A DNA stretch of 64,000 nt from Bilabrum cf. latius (GCA_965178125.1 OZ237738.1:1364001-1428000), one strand, 5' to 3'; positions 33,611 to 48,491 are shown, counted from the first letter of the stretch. Numbers and translations: made by a program. The notes: generated by a model from the letters alone, not told the origin.

Positions 33611-36600
33611 TCATGCCAAGTCGAACAGGGCTCCAATAGCTGTGTCAATGTCCCCCTTTGCAAATATGAGCTCATCCTTGATCTTGTCGACCGTGAACTC
33701 GTCCTTGCCCACAACACCCTGCACCTTTGCGACGTTCTCTTCGCAGTCGTACGAGCTGTTGCCAAGCAGGTCGCCGTCGGGCAGCGTGTCGACATCACTG
33801 TCATTACCATCCAGCGGCTAGTAGCTCCCGCCCCTCCCCTCGCCTGTCATGCCAGTCCCGGCCACCGCATCGCCGCTCCCGCCCCTCGGCACCCCACCCT
33901 CCATGTCCTGCAGCTCCCGATCACGCCCGTCTTCTGGCACCGGGTCCATCTGACCGTCGGAAAACAGGCGCCTCTTGGCGGAGCCCTGCCCTTCCAGCTC
34001 CGTCAAACCCCTTCGCTTCGCGCCTACGCCGCCCACACCACCCACACCGCCCACGCCAGACGCAGGTGGTGCAGACGGAGAGGGCGAGGGAGAGGGAGAG
34101 GGGGCGGGGGCGGGTGCAACCCCTGACGGCAGGGCAGACGATGATCCCGCTGCGATGCCGTCGGCGTCTGGGTCGTCCATATCCGCACGGGCCGCACTCC
34201 CAACGGCACTGGCCGCCTCGTCCCCGGCAGCACCACCATGCGATGCAGCTGCGGGGCGCGCCTCCATGGGTCGATTAGGGTCCGCGCCCGAGAGTACCGA
34301 CACCCTTCCCATGATCATCGCCCTCACCGTATCCTCGGCAGACAGCTTCTCCCCAAGGGTGGCCTCGACTGCCTCGTCCAGCACATCGCGGATCAATGTC
34401 TCCCGCCAGCCGCCCGCTTTTCGCAGCTCTGGCCGAAGGAAGCAATGATTCGGCCCCAGCGGCAGCGTCTCGTCGGCTGGCTCTACCCGAACCTCACCCT
34501 GAGCCTCTACTTGTTCCCTGGGCGAGCGTTTCTGGAACGAGTATAGGACGTCAGCCACCCCGGAGGGGCTGTCCTCTACCCTCCTGCCGAGCACCCATGA
34601 CGCGGGCCAGACGTCCGCATGCCGGAGGATGACTCCGTAGTCGCTTCGGATCTCGGGAAGCGGGTCGAATCTCCATATGCTCAGCCTGTAAGGGCCGTAC
34701 GTCCTGCGGAAGACGCGGGTGCCGGTGCTGCCGGCCTGCTCGACGTATCTGCCGTTGATCCAAATCGGCCTGAGCCCTTCCACCTGCAGCACCGTGTCGG
34801 TTTGATTGACAGGCGGGTCGAAATCCTTGGGGGCCGGCCTGGGGACTCGGAAGTCGATAGCTGGCGGCTACTGGCCGTCCATCCTCGGCGCTATCACCTT
34901 CTAGAACAACTGCACGAACCGGGGGTGGGGCACAACGACGCGCAGATTCAGCACGTTCATAGCGGCCTGGTAGGGAACAAGCAAGCCGAGCTGCTCAAGC
35001 CTTCTGACGACTAAGGCGCGCTGTCTCTTCTCGGCACTGATCGCGTCATCCGAGGCCCCACCTGCCGCACCGCCCTCAGCAGCGAGCTATCCCTGCACCT
35101 CTTGCATCGCCTGTTGCGCTAGCTATTGCACCTCAGCAGCTCGGATGGCCATGCCGGAAAGGGCCTACATCATTGCCGCCGCATCTGCGGGCGACACCTC
35201 CCTCACGTATGTGCGGTCCACCCGCTCCAGCACCAATGGCTCCAAGGAGGCGCCAGGCACCTCGGAGTAGTGGAAGAACTCGGTAAGACGCCACGAGGGC
35301 AGCTTCCTGTCGGAGGGTTCGTTATGCAGCGCAAGGCCCTCCGTCAGTCCGTCAGCGACAGCGCCAGCGCTCAGCCGCTTGCGGTATAGCTCGCGCAGGA
35401 ACGCAACGCGCCACGTGCGATACCCCCGTGGGTTCTAAGTGTCGGCAGCGAGAGCGGGGAATCGCTCGGCCAAAGCGGCTGCAGCTTCGGCTGCATCCAC
35501 GCCGCCATGGAACTCCTCTTCCAAGTCGTCCGCCGCGTTCGTCCCCCTCGCTGCTGCGTCCCTCTTGCTCCACCTGCACTGCAGCTCTTGCACCAGCAGC
35601 ACCCTCCTCCGCAGGGCCACGAAGGTCTAATAGAGGAACTCTCCGCAGTTCCTCGTCTCGTAGTTCTCCTTAATCGCCACGAGTGGGTCTTTCTGCTGAG
35701 AGCCCTCATACGCGTCGTTGACGGGCTTGAAGAATCCCTTGCCGTTGCCCACGTGGCTTGGCCAGGAAAACGCGCGGAGGTAGTCCGCTCGGTCCTTAAT
35801 GCCGTCGATCTCCATGTTCCTGACAGCAAACCTCCCAGCCATGTGAAGGAAGTGCGGGCGGTGCAGGAACGCATACACAAGATGGTTGCCCGGTCGGCGC
35901 TCAGTGGGAGCCGCCGGTTGCCCGTCCAGCAGCTCCCTCGCGTACTCCTCGGCTGAGAGCTTCTGCCTGCGGTCCTTGATATCCCGTTCGATGTGCCTGA
36001 TGCCCCGCCGGTTCGCATCCGTTTCTTCCAGGAATGGCCTGTAGTCCATGCTCGCAGCCTCGCTGAGGTGGTCGCAGGCCCTGTAGGCGATGCGGGGCAG
36101 CACCGGCGCGTTTGTCTCCGCAAAGAGGATGCGGAGAAGACCCAGCACGACGTTCCGCAATTCGGCCTCGGTGTAGCCCTCTGCCTTGATCACGGATGGA
36201 TGCAGCTCGCGCGGCATGTTGTGGAACTGTCGGTTGCGCCTTCCACGGGACCCAGCCAACGAAGTCGTGCCACCCACGCCGCCCATGCCGAGGCTAGAGA
36301 GGTCGAGGTGACTAGGCCCAAGCAGGTGCTGCCTCTTGGCCTCGAGCGACTCGTACTGAAGGAAACCGAACACGTCGACGCCCCCCGCTTCTGAGGGCGC
36401 CAGCAATCGTCTGGCGAAATCATAGGCCACGTCGGGCTCCAGATCATCTGCGAAAAAAGCATTCGGGGTGCGGTAGCTCAGGGATGCAGCATGCAACCCT
36501 AGCCGCGAGAGCCACAGCTTGGCGGCTGGCACGGGCGCAGCGGTGGGCACCAATACAAGAGGCACACGAGCACCGAGAGTCATCATCAGAGGACCGCCAT

Positions 36601-39600
36601 GCGAGCCGGCCGCAGCGCCGCCGCTGCCAGATCGAGGCCCCTCTGCTGCAGCGTCCGCGCCTTGCTAGGAACTCAGAGCGGTGGCTTGGATCTGTAGAGA
36701 GCGCCTTCTCATCTGGCTGTACCCGCGCACGAACGACCTCGCCACACCCATGCCAAACACATTCATTGCAATGTCTCGCTGGTACTGTATTTTCATGAGC
36801 GCCTGCAGCATGCCGCCACCTTTGTAGTCCTGGCTGAAAAAGGCGAAAGCATCACGGTACGCCAAGCGGCTGACGTGTCCACAATGCAGTGCAGAAGACC
36901 ATGCGGCTGCAGCCACAATCTGCACATCTCCAGGGTTCGAAAACCCACCGGGCAACGAGTACGTCTCATCGCCCATGTACCGTGCCAACATCGCGCACTG
37001 CTCGTAGCACCCGAGCGACGTGAGGATCCGACCCACGTCGCTGCGAGACGTGTGACCCCTAAGCCTAGGGCCAGGTCTCGACAGAGCAGACATGCCGCTG
37101 CGCCGCCCCTGCCAGTCTGGTGAACCGGGCCACATGTCTTGCATGTCGAAATCCTTGGCTAGCTCCTTGGCGAGCTGGCTAAGCTCGGTGGGGTCAGGTT
37201 CTGAGACGGTGGGCGCCGCGGGGTTCTCGCCCCCGGCTCCCGCCGCAGCTGCTGTTGCTGTTGCTCCGTCCTCCGTGTCCTCCTCTGATGTCTTCCCTTG
37301 CTTGTCTGCTTTGCTTGCAGCTTCGCTCGATTTCTTGGCCTCGTCGTGCTCCCGCTGCAGCCTCGCCCGGCGATCCATGCGAGCCATCTGATGGAACAGC
37401 GCCACAGAAGCGGTTCCTTCTCTCGCGTGCACGGCCAGCAGTCGCAAATCGCTACCCTCGGAATGAGGAACGGAATACTCCTGGCCGACAGAAAGCGGCG
37501 GGGGCCCTCCTCGCACCTGACCCGCCCCATCGTCATGGAGGTTCAGCCTCCTAAGTAGGGTAAAGAACTCGTCGTGCTGCCTCCACATCATCGCCATGTC
37601 CTTTCGGAGCTCCATGCACCGAATTAGCTGCACCAGCAGCGACGTGGCAGGCGAGCTGCAGCGCATCGCTCTTTCCCGGGCCACCTTGCAAGCCACCTTG
37701 GCCACGCGAAGCAGGCGGTTGATTCGCGAAGCCTGGCCAACGTTCAAGCTGCGGGCCTCCTCTGCCAAGGCTGCAGCCGCTTGTGCCTCTTCAAGCTTCT
37801 CGCGCTGCTGCGCGTTGTTCTTGTAGACGCTCGCGTACTACTTCCAGCTCTGCCGGATACTGGCTTTCTCATGATATGACTCCAAGCAGCCACGCTCTCC
37901 GGGAATGGCTCCAGTGTCATCCTTTTGCGTGAACACGTCGGCCTTGAAGCCCGTCGCGCGCCGCACAGCAGCACGGATGTCTTCGAACGAGACCTCGTCT
38001 GGCTTGGACAGGGCAACCTGCTTGCCGGGGCTAGGGCTGGCAGGGCCAGCCGTGCCGGCTCCACCAGCGCCCCCCTCCATGAGGTCGTCCCCGAATGGAT
38101 CGAAGGGGTCCGCACTCACCGCAGCAGCTTGCCGTTTCTTCAGCAAGGGGAAGGTGTTCTCGCTCTTTGCGACCTGGATCTCTTTCTCCCCGATAGCGAC
38201 CTTGTTGCCGTGCAAGGCCCGGAATACGTCCATCTTCTTGCGATTCAGCAGCGGTGTGCTGTTCTCCACAGCAGTGGTCAGCTGCACCACGCGAAGGTTC
38301 TTGTCCTGCGCCCGCTCCTTGGCCGAGCGCTCCTGGTTGAAAGCTGAGGATCCCCGCTTCTGCAAGTGGTCCACTACGGCCTGCAGGTCTTGCACGACGA
38401 TGCATCGGTACAAGTCAGCCCGCACCGCCCGCCACCCCGACAGTTTCCCGCTGTCGCGGTCCTCCCCGCTGCCGTCCTCGGGGGCCACGGAGGAGAGGAT
38501 GCAGTGCATGATCATGTCTTGCAGCCGCTGCCGCACAGCTGCGCTCGTAGCCTTGATGAGTCCCTGCCAAAGCCATGTGCTCTGGATGTCCTGAGTGCTT
38601 GCTTTCGCCACAGGCGCGTCCGGTGCGCAGCCAGGCGGGGGCAGCGACTGCAGAACGGATCTCAGGCAGCCCTTCTCAAAATCGCTCTCCAGATCAGCTG
38701 CAGCGATGGCGGCCTCGATCTCTGCGTCGAGGTTGAAGGCGGCCATGCCGCCCTCGGGTTGGTCTGGTGCCCCTGCACCACTAGACGCGTGCCCCGACCC
38801 TTGGTTGTCCTTCCTCTGCTCTTCCTGCCCGAACACCTCGGTAGCCTCAAGGGCGGCCCCAGGAGGAGATGGCGGGAGCGCGAGCTGCTGCATGAGGCCT
38901 CCGGCGGCGCGGGTGTCGCTCGCGGCGAGGCACAGCATCCCGCCCGCCACGTATCCGATCTGCTTGCGGAGGCGAGAACCGCCACGCATGGCAGTGCCAA
39001 AGTAGGCTCCCGCGGTGAGCTTACCCATCGTGGGCTGCGCCTTTTTGGGGCAGCGGCGGGCGAGATCCGCGAGGAAGTCAAGGAGGCTGGCATCAAATCG
39101 CTGCGCGATGAGGGACAGGGAGCGATTACTGGATCGCAGCTCGCCCCTGGCCTCGTCTGCCAGCGCCCTGGTGCTGAGCACCTCATGGCTGTCCGGCAGC
39201 AGGGCGAGGTCATCCACCAGGCTGCATGGGTCCTCAATCAAAGCCTCGCGCACCTCGTCCTCGCTCGGGGGGTCCTTGCGCGGCTCCTCGCCGGCTCCTT
39301 GCCGCTTGGCAGCGGGACCAGATACTACCAGGTCAGCGGCGACCGGGGTAGGAGCCGCGGCAGAGCTGGCCGGCAGCTTCAGCGAGCCGCTGCGGGCGGA
39401 GGCCGTTGAGACGTACCGCTCCACAGCCTGCCTGGCATTGGCAAGGGCGGTCTTGGCCTGCTGCATCATGTGCGTGTCTGGTGCAGGCAGCAGCGAAGAC
39501 ACTTGGAATAGCGGCTCCTCCTTGGCCACCTTGGCAGCCTTCGCTTGCGCCCTGATGGCAGCCTGCGCCTCTGCTCGCTGGGCTGCAGGCGTGATGCTGG

Positions 39601-42600
39601 CACGGTCATACACAACCAGCAGAGCGTTCTTGATCTCGTCCTCGTACACGGTGACGTACTTGCCAAACCCACCGCTGTAGGTCCACTCCCTCCTCGCCCG
39701 CTTGCCACCGAAGGCCTCCTCTGCCAGGTACTTTGGATTGAAGGGGGTGACTCTGTGATCGTCGAACCGCCACCACTAGCTCGTGGCGCGGTCACGGATG
39801 AACGAATAGTAGTGGCCCGATGTAGCCGTGCCCGTGTGGACGACCACTCCGCTCAGGACGAACTCGTCCTGGTCACCTGTGGGCACGCCGGCCGGACCCC
39901 AGATCGCCTCGGGCACGCCCGACGCTCCCGTCGTCTCCCCGGCAGCGTCAGCCTCCTTGGACTCGGAGGCGCCGGCACCTTGCTGGCTGCTTGTCGCCTC
40001 GCCCTCGCTTGCCGATGCCGCCCCTCCGGCATCAAAGGAGTCTGGGTCGTGCGCCCAGGCGGTGAAAGGCGTGAAGTCGATCCGGTGAGGGAAGGCTACC
40101 CGGTCATTCTTCTTTTCGAACACGTACTCGCCGTTCTTGATAACGCCTCCGAATCGGGCTAGGCCCAGCACCATCGTGTCGGGAAGCCGCATCAGGACGT
40201 TGCCGCGCTCCACCTCCGCCTTCTTGCCGCAGTGGCCGCACGCCACCCCGGAGATGATCTCGCCTCGCTTCCAGTTGTGCAGCGCCGACACCACGTCGGG
40301 GTTGTCCGCACTCACCTGCAGCTGAAGGGGGAATTGCAGCTCGGGGTCTCGGATGTCCTGCGCCCCGCAGCACCCCACCCTGCTCATCGTGGAGGACCCC
40401 TCCGTCCCAAACACCTTGTCCGCTTGTAGCCGCAGGGCAGGTTCCCTTGATACGCGCATCACCGGTCGCATGGCGTCCAGTAGCTTGAGCATGAACTCGG
40501 AGGCGTCGTTCTGGAGCTTGAAGTGGTGGCCCAAACGCAGCACCCCAAAGGACTCGATCAGCGGCGTGGGGTCGTACGCCTGCGCCTCGCTGTGCCGCAA
40601 CCAGACAAACGCCCTCTGCAGCTCTGACACGAGCCTTCGGCCATCAAGCGTGCGCTTCCTGTCATCCAGCGCCCTGCCGGCCTTGCTCTTGATGTCTTTG
40701 TCGAGATCTTCGGGCAGCTTCGGCATGGCACGGGCTTTGTCGCCTTCCGTTTCAGCGTCATTGCCGCCTTCCTTCTTGTCTTCTTCGCCCTTGCCCTCCC
40801 CCTTCTGCTTCTTCTCCTGCTCCTCCTTTTCTTTCTCTTCAGCCTGCTGGCGCTCCAGGGGCGAAGGACCCAGCTTCTCCCGTGCCTTCGCCTCTGCCTC
40901 CTCGCTGGTGGCTCCATCCTTGATGGCAGCTTGCTTCGCCTTGGAGTACTCCTCCTGGTACGACCTCTGCGCCTGCTTTCGAAGGTCTTCCTCGTCGCGG
41001 AGCTTGCGCTTGCGCTGCTCCTCCAGCAACCGAGCCTCAGCCGCGCGAGCTCCGCGCAATTCGGGCACCGGGACCGGCACGTCTACCTGAGTCAGGGCGT
41101 GCCTCATGTGCGGGGTCATGAACAGCTGCTGCAGCACGCTGTTGGCATAGCACGTGGCACCCAGATTAAAGAGGCCGACAAAGCCCTCTTGCGCACGGCC
41201 ACTCGCCTGATCCGCCACGCTCCATTCCTTGCCAGGCTCAACCTCCAGAGCCTGGCCAAGGGTGCACCTGTGGATGAGCCGCAGCAGACCCATGAACCAC
41301 TCGTGCGCGGCGTCCGACATGCCCTCGCTGCGGATGGCTGCCTGCCTGCGGTCCACCTCCAGAGCGCCAGGCTATGGACTGCACATGGCCTGCCTTCTCC
41401 CCGGCAGCTCATCCTTGATTCCGAGTCTTCTCCGCTCATCTGAGCTCAGGTCGCCCTCGTCCTCGATCTCAGCCGCGAGCCGCACGTTGATGCTGCCGTC
41501 AAGGCCGGCTTGCAGCTTGGCCTGCAGCGCGATTCCCACGCTCATCGCCTGCAGACTAGCGATTGTCGCACCCATCCTGGAGGCAAGAGGCACTCCAATT
41601 GACGCAAAGATGACTGCCTGCAGCAGCCCATAGGCTGCAGTCCTTTCGTCTTCGGTGCGGCACAGCGGCCACACCTCTTGCTCGCTTGCTGCTGCAGCGC
41701 CCGGCGGGCCGCCAACAGTCAGAGCTGTGGAAGCCCCCACTGCTTCTCTGTCCTGCGAGCTTTCGCCTGCCTTCTTCTCTTCGTCCGTGTTGCCACCATC
41801 CGTCGCATTGGTGTACAGGCAATGCTGCACCACGAAGCTTGTCAAGAGCGCGCGCAACGGGGCCAGCGACACGCCTGCCCCCGCACCTCCGTCGGCTGCC
41901 TCCGCCTAGTCCAGAGTCTTGTCCACATCACCGCCCGAGCGCAGGCAGGACTCAAGGTCCTCAAGGCGCACCACTGCCTGGGCGAGGTCGGGCGATGCGG
42001 CCGCTGTGCCGTCATCTGCCAAGCGCGGAATGCACACGCTGGGAGCAAGCTCCGTGTCCCTGCCCGCGAAGGCAAGCGCGGCAGACACACGCAGGCAGTC
42101 GATGAGAAGCTTCCTGGATTCGATGACAGTGACTTCGTCCTCATCCTTGTCCTCGCCCTCGCCCTCCTTTTGCTTGCCCTCGCCGTCCGCTGCTGCAGCT
42201 CCGCCCGCGGCACCACCTGCCGCAGCATCCGCGCCATCCGGTCCAGCCGGCGGCGGGGCCTCTTCACCTTCAGCGGATTCTCCTTGCTCCTGCCCCTCCT
42301 CCCCGTGCTCACCTCCACCGTCCTCTTCCTGCCCGCCCTCCTCCTCGTACTCGTCGGCTGCAGCTGCAACGTCCCCGCTCGACGTTTGTGCGATTCTCCA
42401 TCGCAGCACCACACCAACGATGCGGGCGAGGAAGAGACCAACCTGGCGGGGCCCGCCGTCAACCGCATACCTCGCCATCAGCTCCAGGACGTCTGCCCCC
42501 CGAGGGTGGGACGCAGGTAACCGTAGCAACACGCGGTGCAGTGCAGCGCCCTGCAGCGCAGTACCCTTGTCTGTCCGCAGTGCGGGCAGCGGCAGCAGCC

Positions 42601-45600
42601 TCTCCCTCACTGCCTTCCTGACTGACTCGAGCGGCGAAGACGCAAGCACCGCAAAGAGCGCGTCGGCGGCGTCCTTGAGCGAGAGCATCTGCTCGCCGAT
42701 TGTAAGCGCGCCCGAACCAGCCCCAGAACCAGCGCCCTCGCCCTTGCCTGCGCCCCCGCTCAGCCCCTCGCTCAGCACGAACTCCAGCAAGGCAAGGCTC
42801 CGACGAGCCGCCTGCTCTGCCACAAACTCCGTCGTGCACACCGCCTGCGTTGCCATGCCAGCAGCAAGCCCCATGGCAAGACCAGCGGCGCTAGCAGAAT
42901 CAGCCTCGCTGGCGTCTGACCCTGCACGAGCCAGCGTCGCTTGAGCTTGCTTGGCCTGTGCAGTCGTGTCATTCAAAGAGGCGCCGCGCAGAACATGAGC
43001 CAGTACGCGAGCGAGGGCCAACAGCCCACCATACTCCGTGCTGTCACCCGACCCCGTAGAACCGGCTGCCTCCGAATTGGGACTGTCGGAATCCGACGCC
43101 AGCGCTGCCGCCGCGGCCCTCGCGGTGTCTTTTGTGAGGCGGCCTGCCTGCATGCAGTGCCACAGGACTGCCAAACCAGCCACCAGGACGGCTCCCGCCC
43201 TCGCGCGGGCGAGCTGCCCCGGCGCCTGACCCTGCATGCCGCGCAGGGCGGCGCCCACTGCGCGCATGGCCTGCTCTAGTCCACCGGTGGAGCAGAATGC
43301 CTCGAGGAACTCCTCTCGAGCGCGTGCTTTCTGCGTCGACTTGCCAGTCGGCATCACTCGCCCGTTGATGGCCTGCAGGCCATACAGGGCTCGCCAGCCG
43401 CTGCCGTGTATGGCTTTGCTCCAGCAGGTGGGCTCGTGTCGATCCAGCAATGCATCCAGCCTGGGCGACGTCGGGAGGTCGAGAAGGGCGCACCATGCTC
43501 GCTTCTAGACGCGATCGGGCAGGTTGCCAGCCTCTTTGGGTCCTGCATCGTTACTCGCACCAGCAGCACCGGCAGGCGCACCATCTCTCTGCTCGAATGC
43601 TCCCTCGCCCAGGATGCGGAAGAGAACTGCATATTGCTCCTCACACAGGCGGATGGGACCGACGCGTTGGATCGTTGGTTGACTGATGCTGTCGTCTTGC
43701 ATCGTCCGGAGGAGGATCCGGCTCTCGAGACCAGCAGCGGCCTTTGAGAGTTCGTCCAGCTCGGCTGGATCCGCCACCTCCAGCTCCTCCTGTCCCTCTC
43801 CGTACACGCCCTCCTGCACACTTCTCTGCCTGCGCATCACGGGCGCGAGCAGCTGCCCATGCTCCTCCTCAGCCTCCTCTTCGGCTTCCTGCTGCAGCTT
43901 TGGCTCGTCCACGCCGGGCATGTCGCCGTCCAGCGCTTGCAAGTCGCCGAGCCACATCTCGCACCTCTCACCGTGCGGTCCTGCCTATGGCTGCGAGTGC
44001 AAATGCTGGCGGCTTGCCACCAAGCCCGTGTACAGCTGCAGGGCAGTGAGGCACCGGCTCACCAACTGCCTGTTGCTGCGGGCAGCTGCGCTCCCTGGGC
44101 TGGCCGCCAGCGCGGTCATGGCAATGTCGAGCTCCGCCGTTAGCACGTGAGCCAAAGCATGCACCCCTATCCCGGCAGCAGCAGTCACAGTGGCACGCTC
44201 GAGCACTGCCTGAGAATCAGTCGCGCCACCATGGCCCACTGCGATGAAGTGGCGCACCGCGTCGAAGAGCAGCTCGGCCGGAGGCTCTTGCCCGCTCCTG
44301 CGGCCTCCGTCAGATCTCGAAATGTACGCAATCTGGCTGCTGCGGAACAGCTCTAGATTCGTTGTGCTGGCGATAGCTGCATGCGAGAGGAAGAGCTCCA
44401 CAGCGGCATCGGCAGCCGCCCTTGATTCCCTCACGGTGCCTCGTGTGGCAACCGCGTAGATGGGACCGATGGCCGCCAGCTCGCGGGCTGCGCCGGCGCC
44501 CATTTCGGCGCCCTCTATGGCTGCGAGCAGCGACGCTACGGCGCCCTCGGCCTTGGCAGAGCTAGCTCCTGCTCTTGACTCTGCAGCGGCCTCAACAGAG
44601 TGGGCAAGCATGGGTTTTAGCAGAGCCTCAGCCTGGACCGGCTTCCCCCTCCGTACAGAGTCCAGCATTACCACCACAGATCCCGGCGTGGCGCGGTTGT
44701 AGGGCTTGCAGATCGCTTCCCTGACCTCCTGCTTGCGCTGCGGTGAATCCTTGCTGCCATCGCCTGGGTCTGCGAACGTGTCCCGATTCTTGTACCGCTC
44801 CAGCATGATCGGAGCACAGCTAAGCGCATCTGCACCAACCAGCATAAGCCGCTATACGCCCCAAGTCTCCTTGATCTTGTCATAGTTGAGATATATGGGA
44901 GAGTCCGGACGCATCTTCCGGCCATTCATGGTGATGAAAAGAGTCAGCAGGCACCGGAGGCCGTCAGGTCCAAGTAGGTCCGGGTTGAACCGCGGACTCT
45001 TCGGCTCGAAAATCTCTGACAGCACCCCTCGAAGCGCGTCATGCGACAGCAGGCAGTCGTCCATGGTTTGCACACCCTTCCTATCCCCTTTGTTTCGCAC
45101 CAGATTCATACGGTACGACAAGCAGTAGCTAACCTTGGCAGCCGTCCCGCTGCCGTCGTCGCTCGGGAAGAGCGCGAGACTCACCTTTGCAAGCGTGGGG
45201 TAGTCGATCGAAAGTTTCCTAGGCTCAAGCCTGTTCCCTCCAGCGGCTCTCGAGATGAAATCGAAGAAAGCGCGGCGACCCGCCCGCGTGCGGCCAAGCG
45301 CGCCGTCCCAGAGAGTGAGGACACTCTCCTGTGTCAGCCGATCCCGCAGCAGGGGCGAGATTCTCATGATTCCGTATAGCGTAGCCAGCCTGCCTCGGAT
45401 GGCGTACAGCGGTGGCACCTCGTACGTGCGTCCGTACGCAACCAGCTCGGCCTGCATGGCCGAGAAAACGCCCAGTCTCATCTCAAGGGCATGCGTAACA
45501 TCTGCCGCAGCAGTGCCATAGAACGCCCCATTCGCAAGGCCGACCTCGGCGGGCCTCTGGAAGGCATGCACCAGTGTTGCCACCACGTCAAGGGCGCGGA

Positions 45601-48491
45601 GCAGAGGGTCGCGATCGGGCCGCATGGGGCGTTGCACCGCGTCTGCTTGGCCATCCGCGCTCTCCCCTTGTGCCACTCCACTGCTGCTCGCAAGCTCCGC
45701 CCCCTTCGGAATGCTCCGACCGCTCCTTGTCAACGCGTCCAGGTGAACCTTGGCCCTGCGCCGCATGAACGAAGTGATGCGGTAGCCTAGCTTCATGGTA
45801 GACAGCGGCGCTTGCATGGCGAAGAGCGTGCGACACGCCTCTTGCAGCGAATTGCAAGACCGAATGGCCCGAATGGTGTCCGAACTCAGATCAAGCCCCT
45901 GCTACAGCTGCTTAGCCTTCTGCTTCTTGGTCTTCTTCGAAGCACTGCCGGTTGCGTTCCCCCCATGAGCGCCGAACTCCGTCTCGTTCCAACCAACCTT
46001 CGGGGCTGGGGGCGCCTCGATCAGAATCGTGGGCGCCTGTGGGTGCAGCAGAATGTACCACACGAAGTCTTGCATGGCTTCCTCGTACGACCTGTCGTCT
46101 TCATCCGCGCCAACCTCTTCCTTAGTCTGACCCTCAGAGTCAATAGCGGCGGAATCACTTGCTCCTGCACCGCTCGATGCCGCACCAGCCTCGGATTCAA
46201 CTGTACCGGCGCCGGCACTCGCAGCACCAGCACCAGCGGCAGCGATTGCAGCCGCGTGCCCCTCTCGTTCCGGCTGCGCGAGCAAATCCCGCACGGCGTC
46301 AACCCCCGCCAGTTTGGCAAGCTCGACTGCCACCACCGATTGCTTGTAGGCCCCGGCCGTGGACAGCCTGCCTCCGATGCGGAAATCAGCGTGGTCTCGC
46401 ACAAATGCCACATCGTCTGATGGCTTTCCAAGAATGGCAACGTCGGCAGCCCTCTCTTCTAGTAAGCTCTGATCGAGTGCCTCTGCCGCCCGCTTATGTC
46501 TGGCCTCAGCTGCCTCCACCTCTCCCGGGGATCCCTCCTTCTTTGATTCGCTCGCCTTGCCCGCCCCCTCCTTGGCCACCTTGAGGGCGTGCTTGGCACT
46601 CGCCAGCGCGGCGCGCGGGGTCTCGGGCAGATCCAGTTGTTCCAGAGCGCTGGCAGCATGGTGCGTGCAAGTCTGCGCCTGGTGCTTGGCGATGATCTTG
46701 CTGGACCACCTTCTCAGCCGGTTGGAGTCCTCGTTGAACTGCGCCAGCTCGGGTCCGATTGCCGCGACAGCCTGAAAGTTGCCGTCTGCCTGCCGGGCGA
46801 GAAACCGCAAGATGCCTTTGGCAGTGTCCAGCGAGCTCTGCTGCACGCAGATGAAGAAAAACTCGGCGAGTATGTCCCTCTCCCGACCTGGGGAAGCCCT
46901 CCTGACCGCCTCGAACAGCTGCTTGACGTGCGCACCGCGGAGGCTGCCGCTGCTGGCCAAGCACCGAAAGACGGGCTTGCTCCTCTTGAGAACCTCAAAA
47001 TGGATGTTGGATGGGTTCAGGATCGCAGCCACGACGTCCACGTCGGGGTGAACCAGCCACTCGCAAATGTCCGCACAGGTGAAGCTGCCTTGCGCACTTG
47101 GATCCTTGCCATCCCCGATCTGCTTCTTGGTGGTATCGTACACCTGGGTCAGCAGGGGAGACAGCGAGTCCATGGCCGCGGTGCGCTCCGACAGTTTCTC
47201 CGATTTCATCCCTTTCTGCACCGTTGCCAGCCTGAACGCAACCAGAGCTCCCTACTGGCCCAGTGCGGTCTCCACCATCTCGATCACGTCGCCGATTTCT
47301 TTCTCTACGCCGGTTCGCTCCTCCTCTGACAGCTGGGGCAGGAGCTTGAGCGCCTCTACGCACTTGGCAGCGAGCGGCTCTGCCTCCTTGGGGTCCGTCA
47401 CGGCTGGCGGCAAGAAGGCCTTCTCGACTACCTCGGCGTACTTGGCCGGATCCATGCCTCTGTAGATGCGGTTGAACCCGAGGGACTCGCACTGCCGGAG
47501 GGAGTGCGCGGTGGCAGCCAGGCCGGGCACCACGTGTAGGATCACGGCAGCCACTTCCTTCTCCCACTCTTTCTTGGCCTCGTCCATCGGCACCTCGGGG
47601 GCCCCTGCTAGCAGGGCAGCCACGTCTGCCACCTCCTGCTGCGCGCCTTGATCATTTCCCTTATGCTAGCCGGCGCTGGCATCAGCTGCAGCGCCGGCGG
47701 CGGCTGCAACACCGGCGTCCGCTGCAGCGGCCTCTGCCTGTGCTTGCGCCAATCGCATGCTCGCCTGCTTGGCCTCGGGGCCGGCCAGGACCCGATCGAT
47801 GCACTGCACTGCAGCGGGGGCCCAGACCTTCACGCTGGTGGTTGCCGCCCCGCAGTACATTGACCGGATGTGCCCCTGCGGTAGTAGTACATTCCAGGTG
47901 GCGATCGGTGTGGCAAGTAGCATCAGCGGTGGGAACTGGCAGTCTCAAGAGTGCAGCACGACTTGGTCTCACCTGGTAAGTTTTGTATGCTGCGCTTCCA
48001 CTGTTTCGTAGCATTTCATACACGACCTTCTGCGACTGATAGCGCCCTCTGTGCAAGTGCTCGGTGAGCAGCCCGAAGAGCTTGGCCGCGCCGCTAGCTA
48101 CGGTGTTGACGTTGTGGTCCTCCAGCTTGCTTGTTATGATCAGGCGCATTCCTACTGAGAACGTCGGTCCAATATCATTATCAAGCTCTTCACGGTCGAT
48201 AAATTCGGTGGCTGCATCTGCAGCGCTCTCAAACGCCTGCGATCAGAGAAGATCGTGGGTGAGCAAATGTATCTTGGATGCGATAGAGTGGCACTGTGCA
48301 GCCGCTCCGATAGCAAGCATGAAACTTACACCGTAGGTGATGTACTTCTCTCCTAAGCAATTCGATTTTGCGGTCAAGATCGCCCCGTAGGCTTTGTCCC
48401 ACTTGTCTGAATCAACTCCGTCGGCACTCAGTGGTCCGCTCGTTGTCCCAGTCCCACCGGCTGGCTTGAGTGCACTGCACATTTCACACAT
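33611..48491 (-). CDS. Giant ubiquitin-specific protease (peptidase C19, USP9/24/34-like), ~4,900 aa; exons 48330-48491, 47973-48236, 33611-47875
   Basis: Cys box GLFNLGATCYANSVLQQL, QNDASEF, His box GVVVHTGTATSGHYYSFIRDR...*WWRFDD. At least 13 consecutive track ORFs share one frame and all end in TAG. A UBA/CUE-like C-terminus precedes TGA at 33611. Confidence 0.85.
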
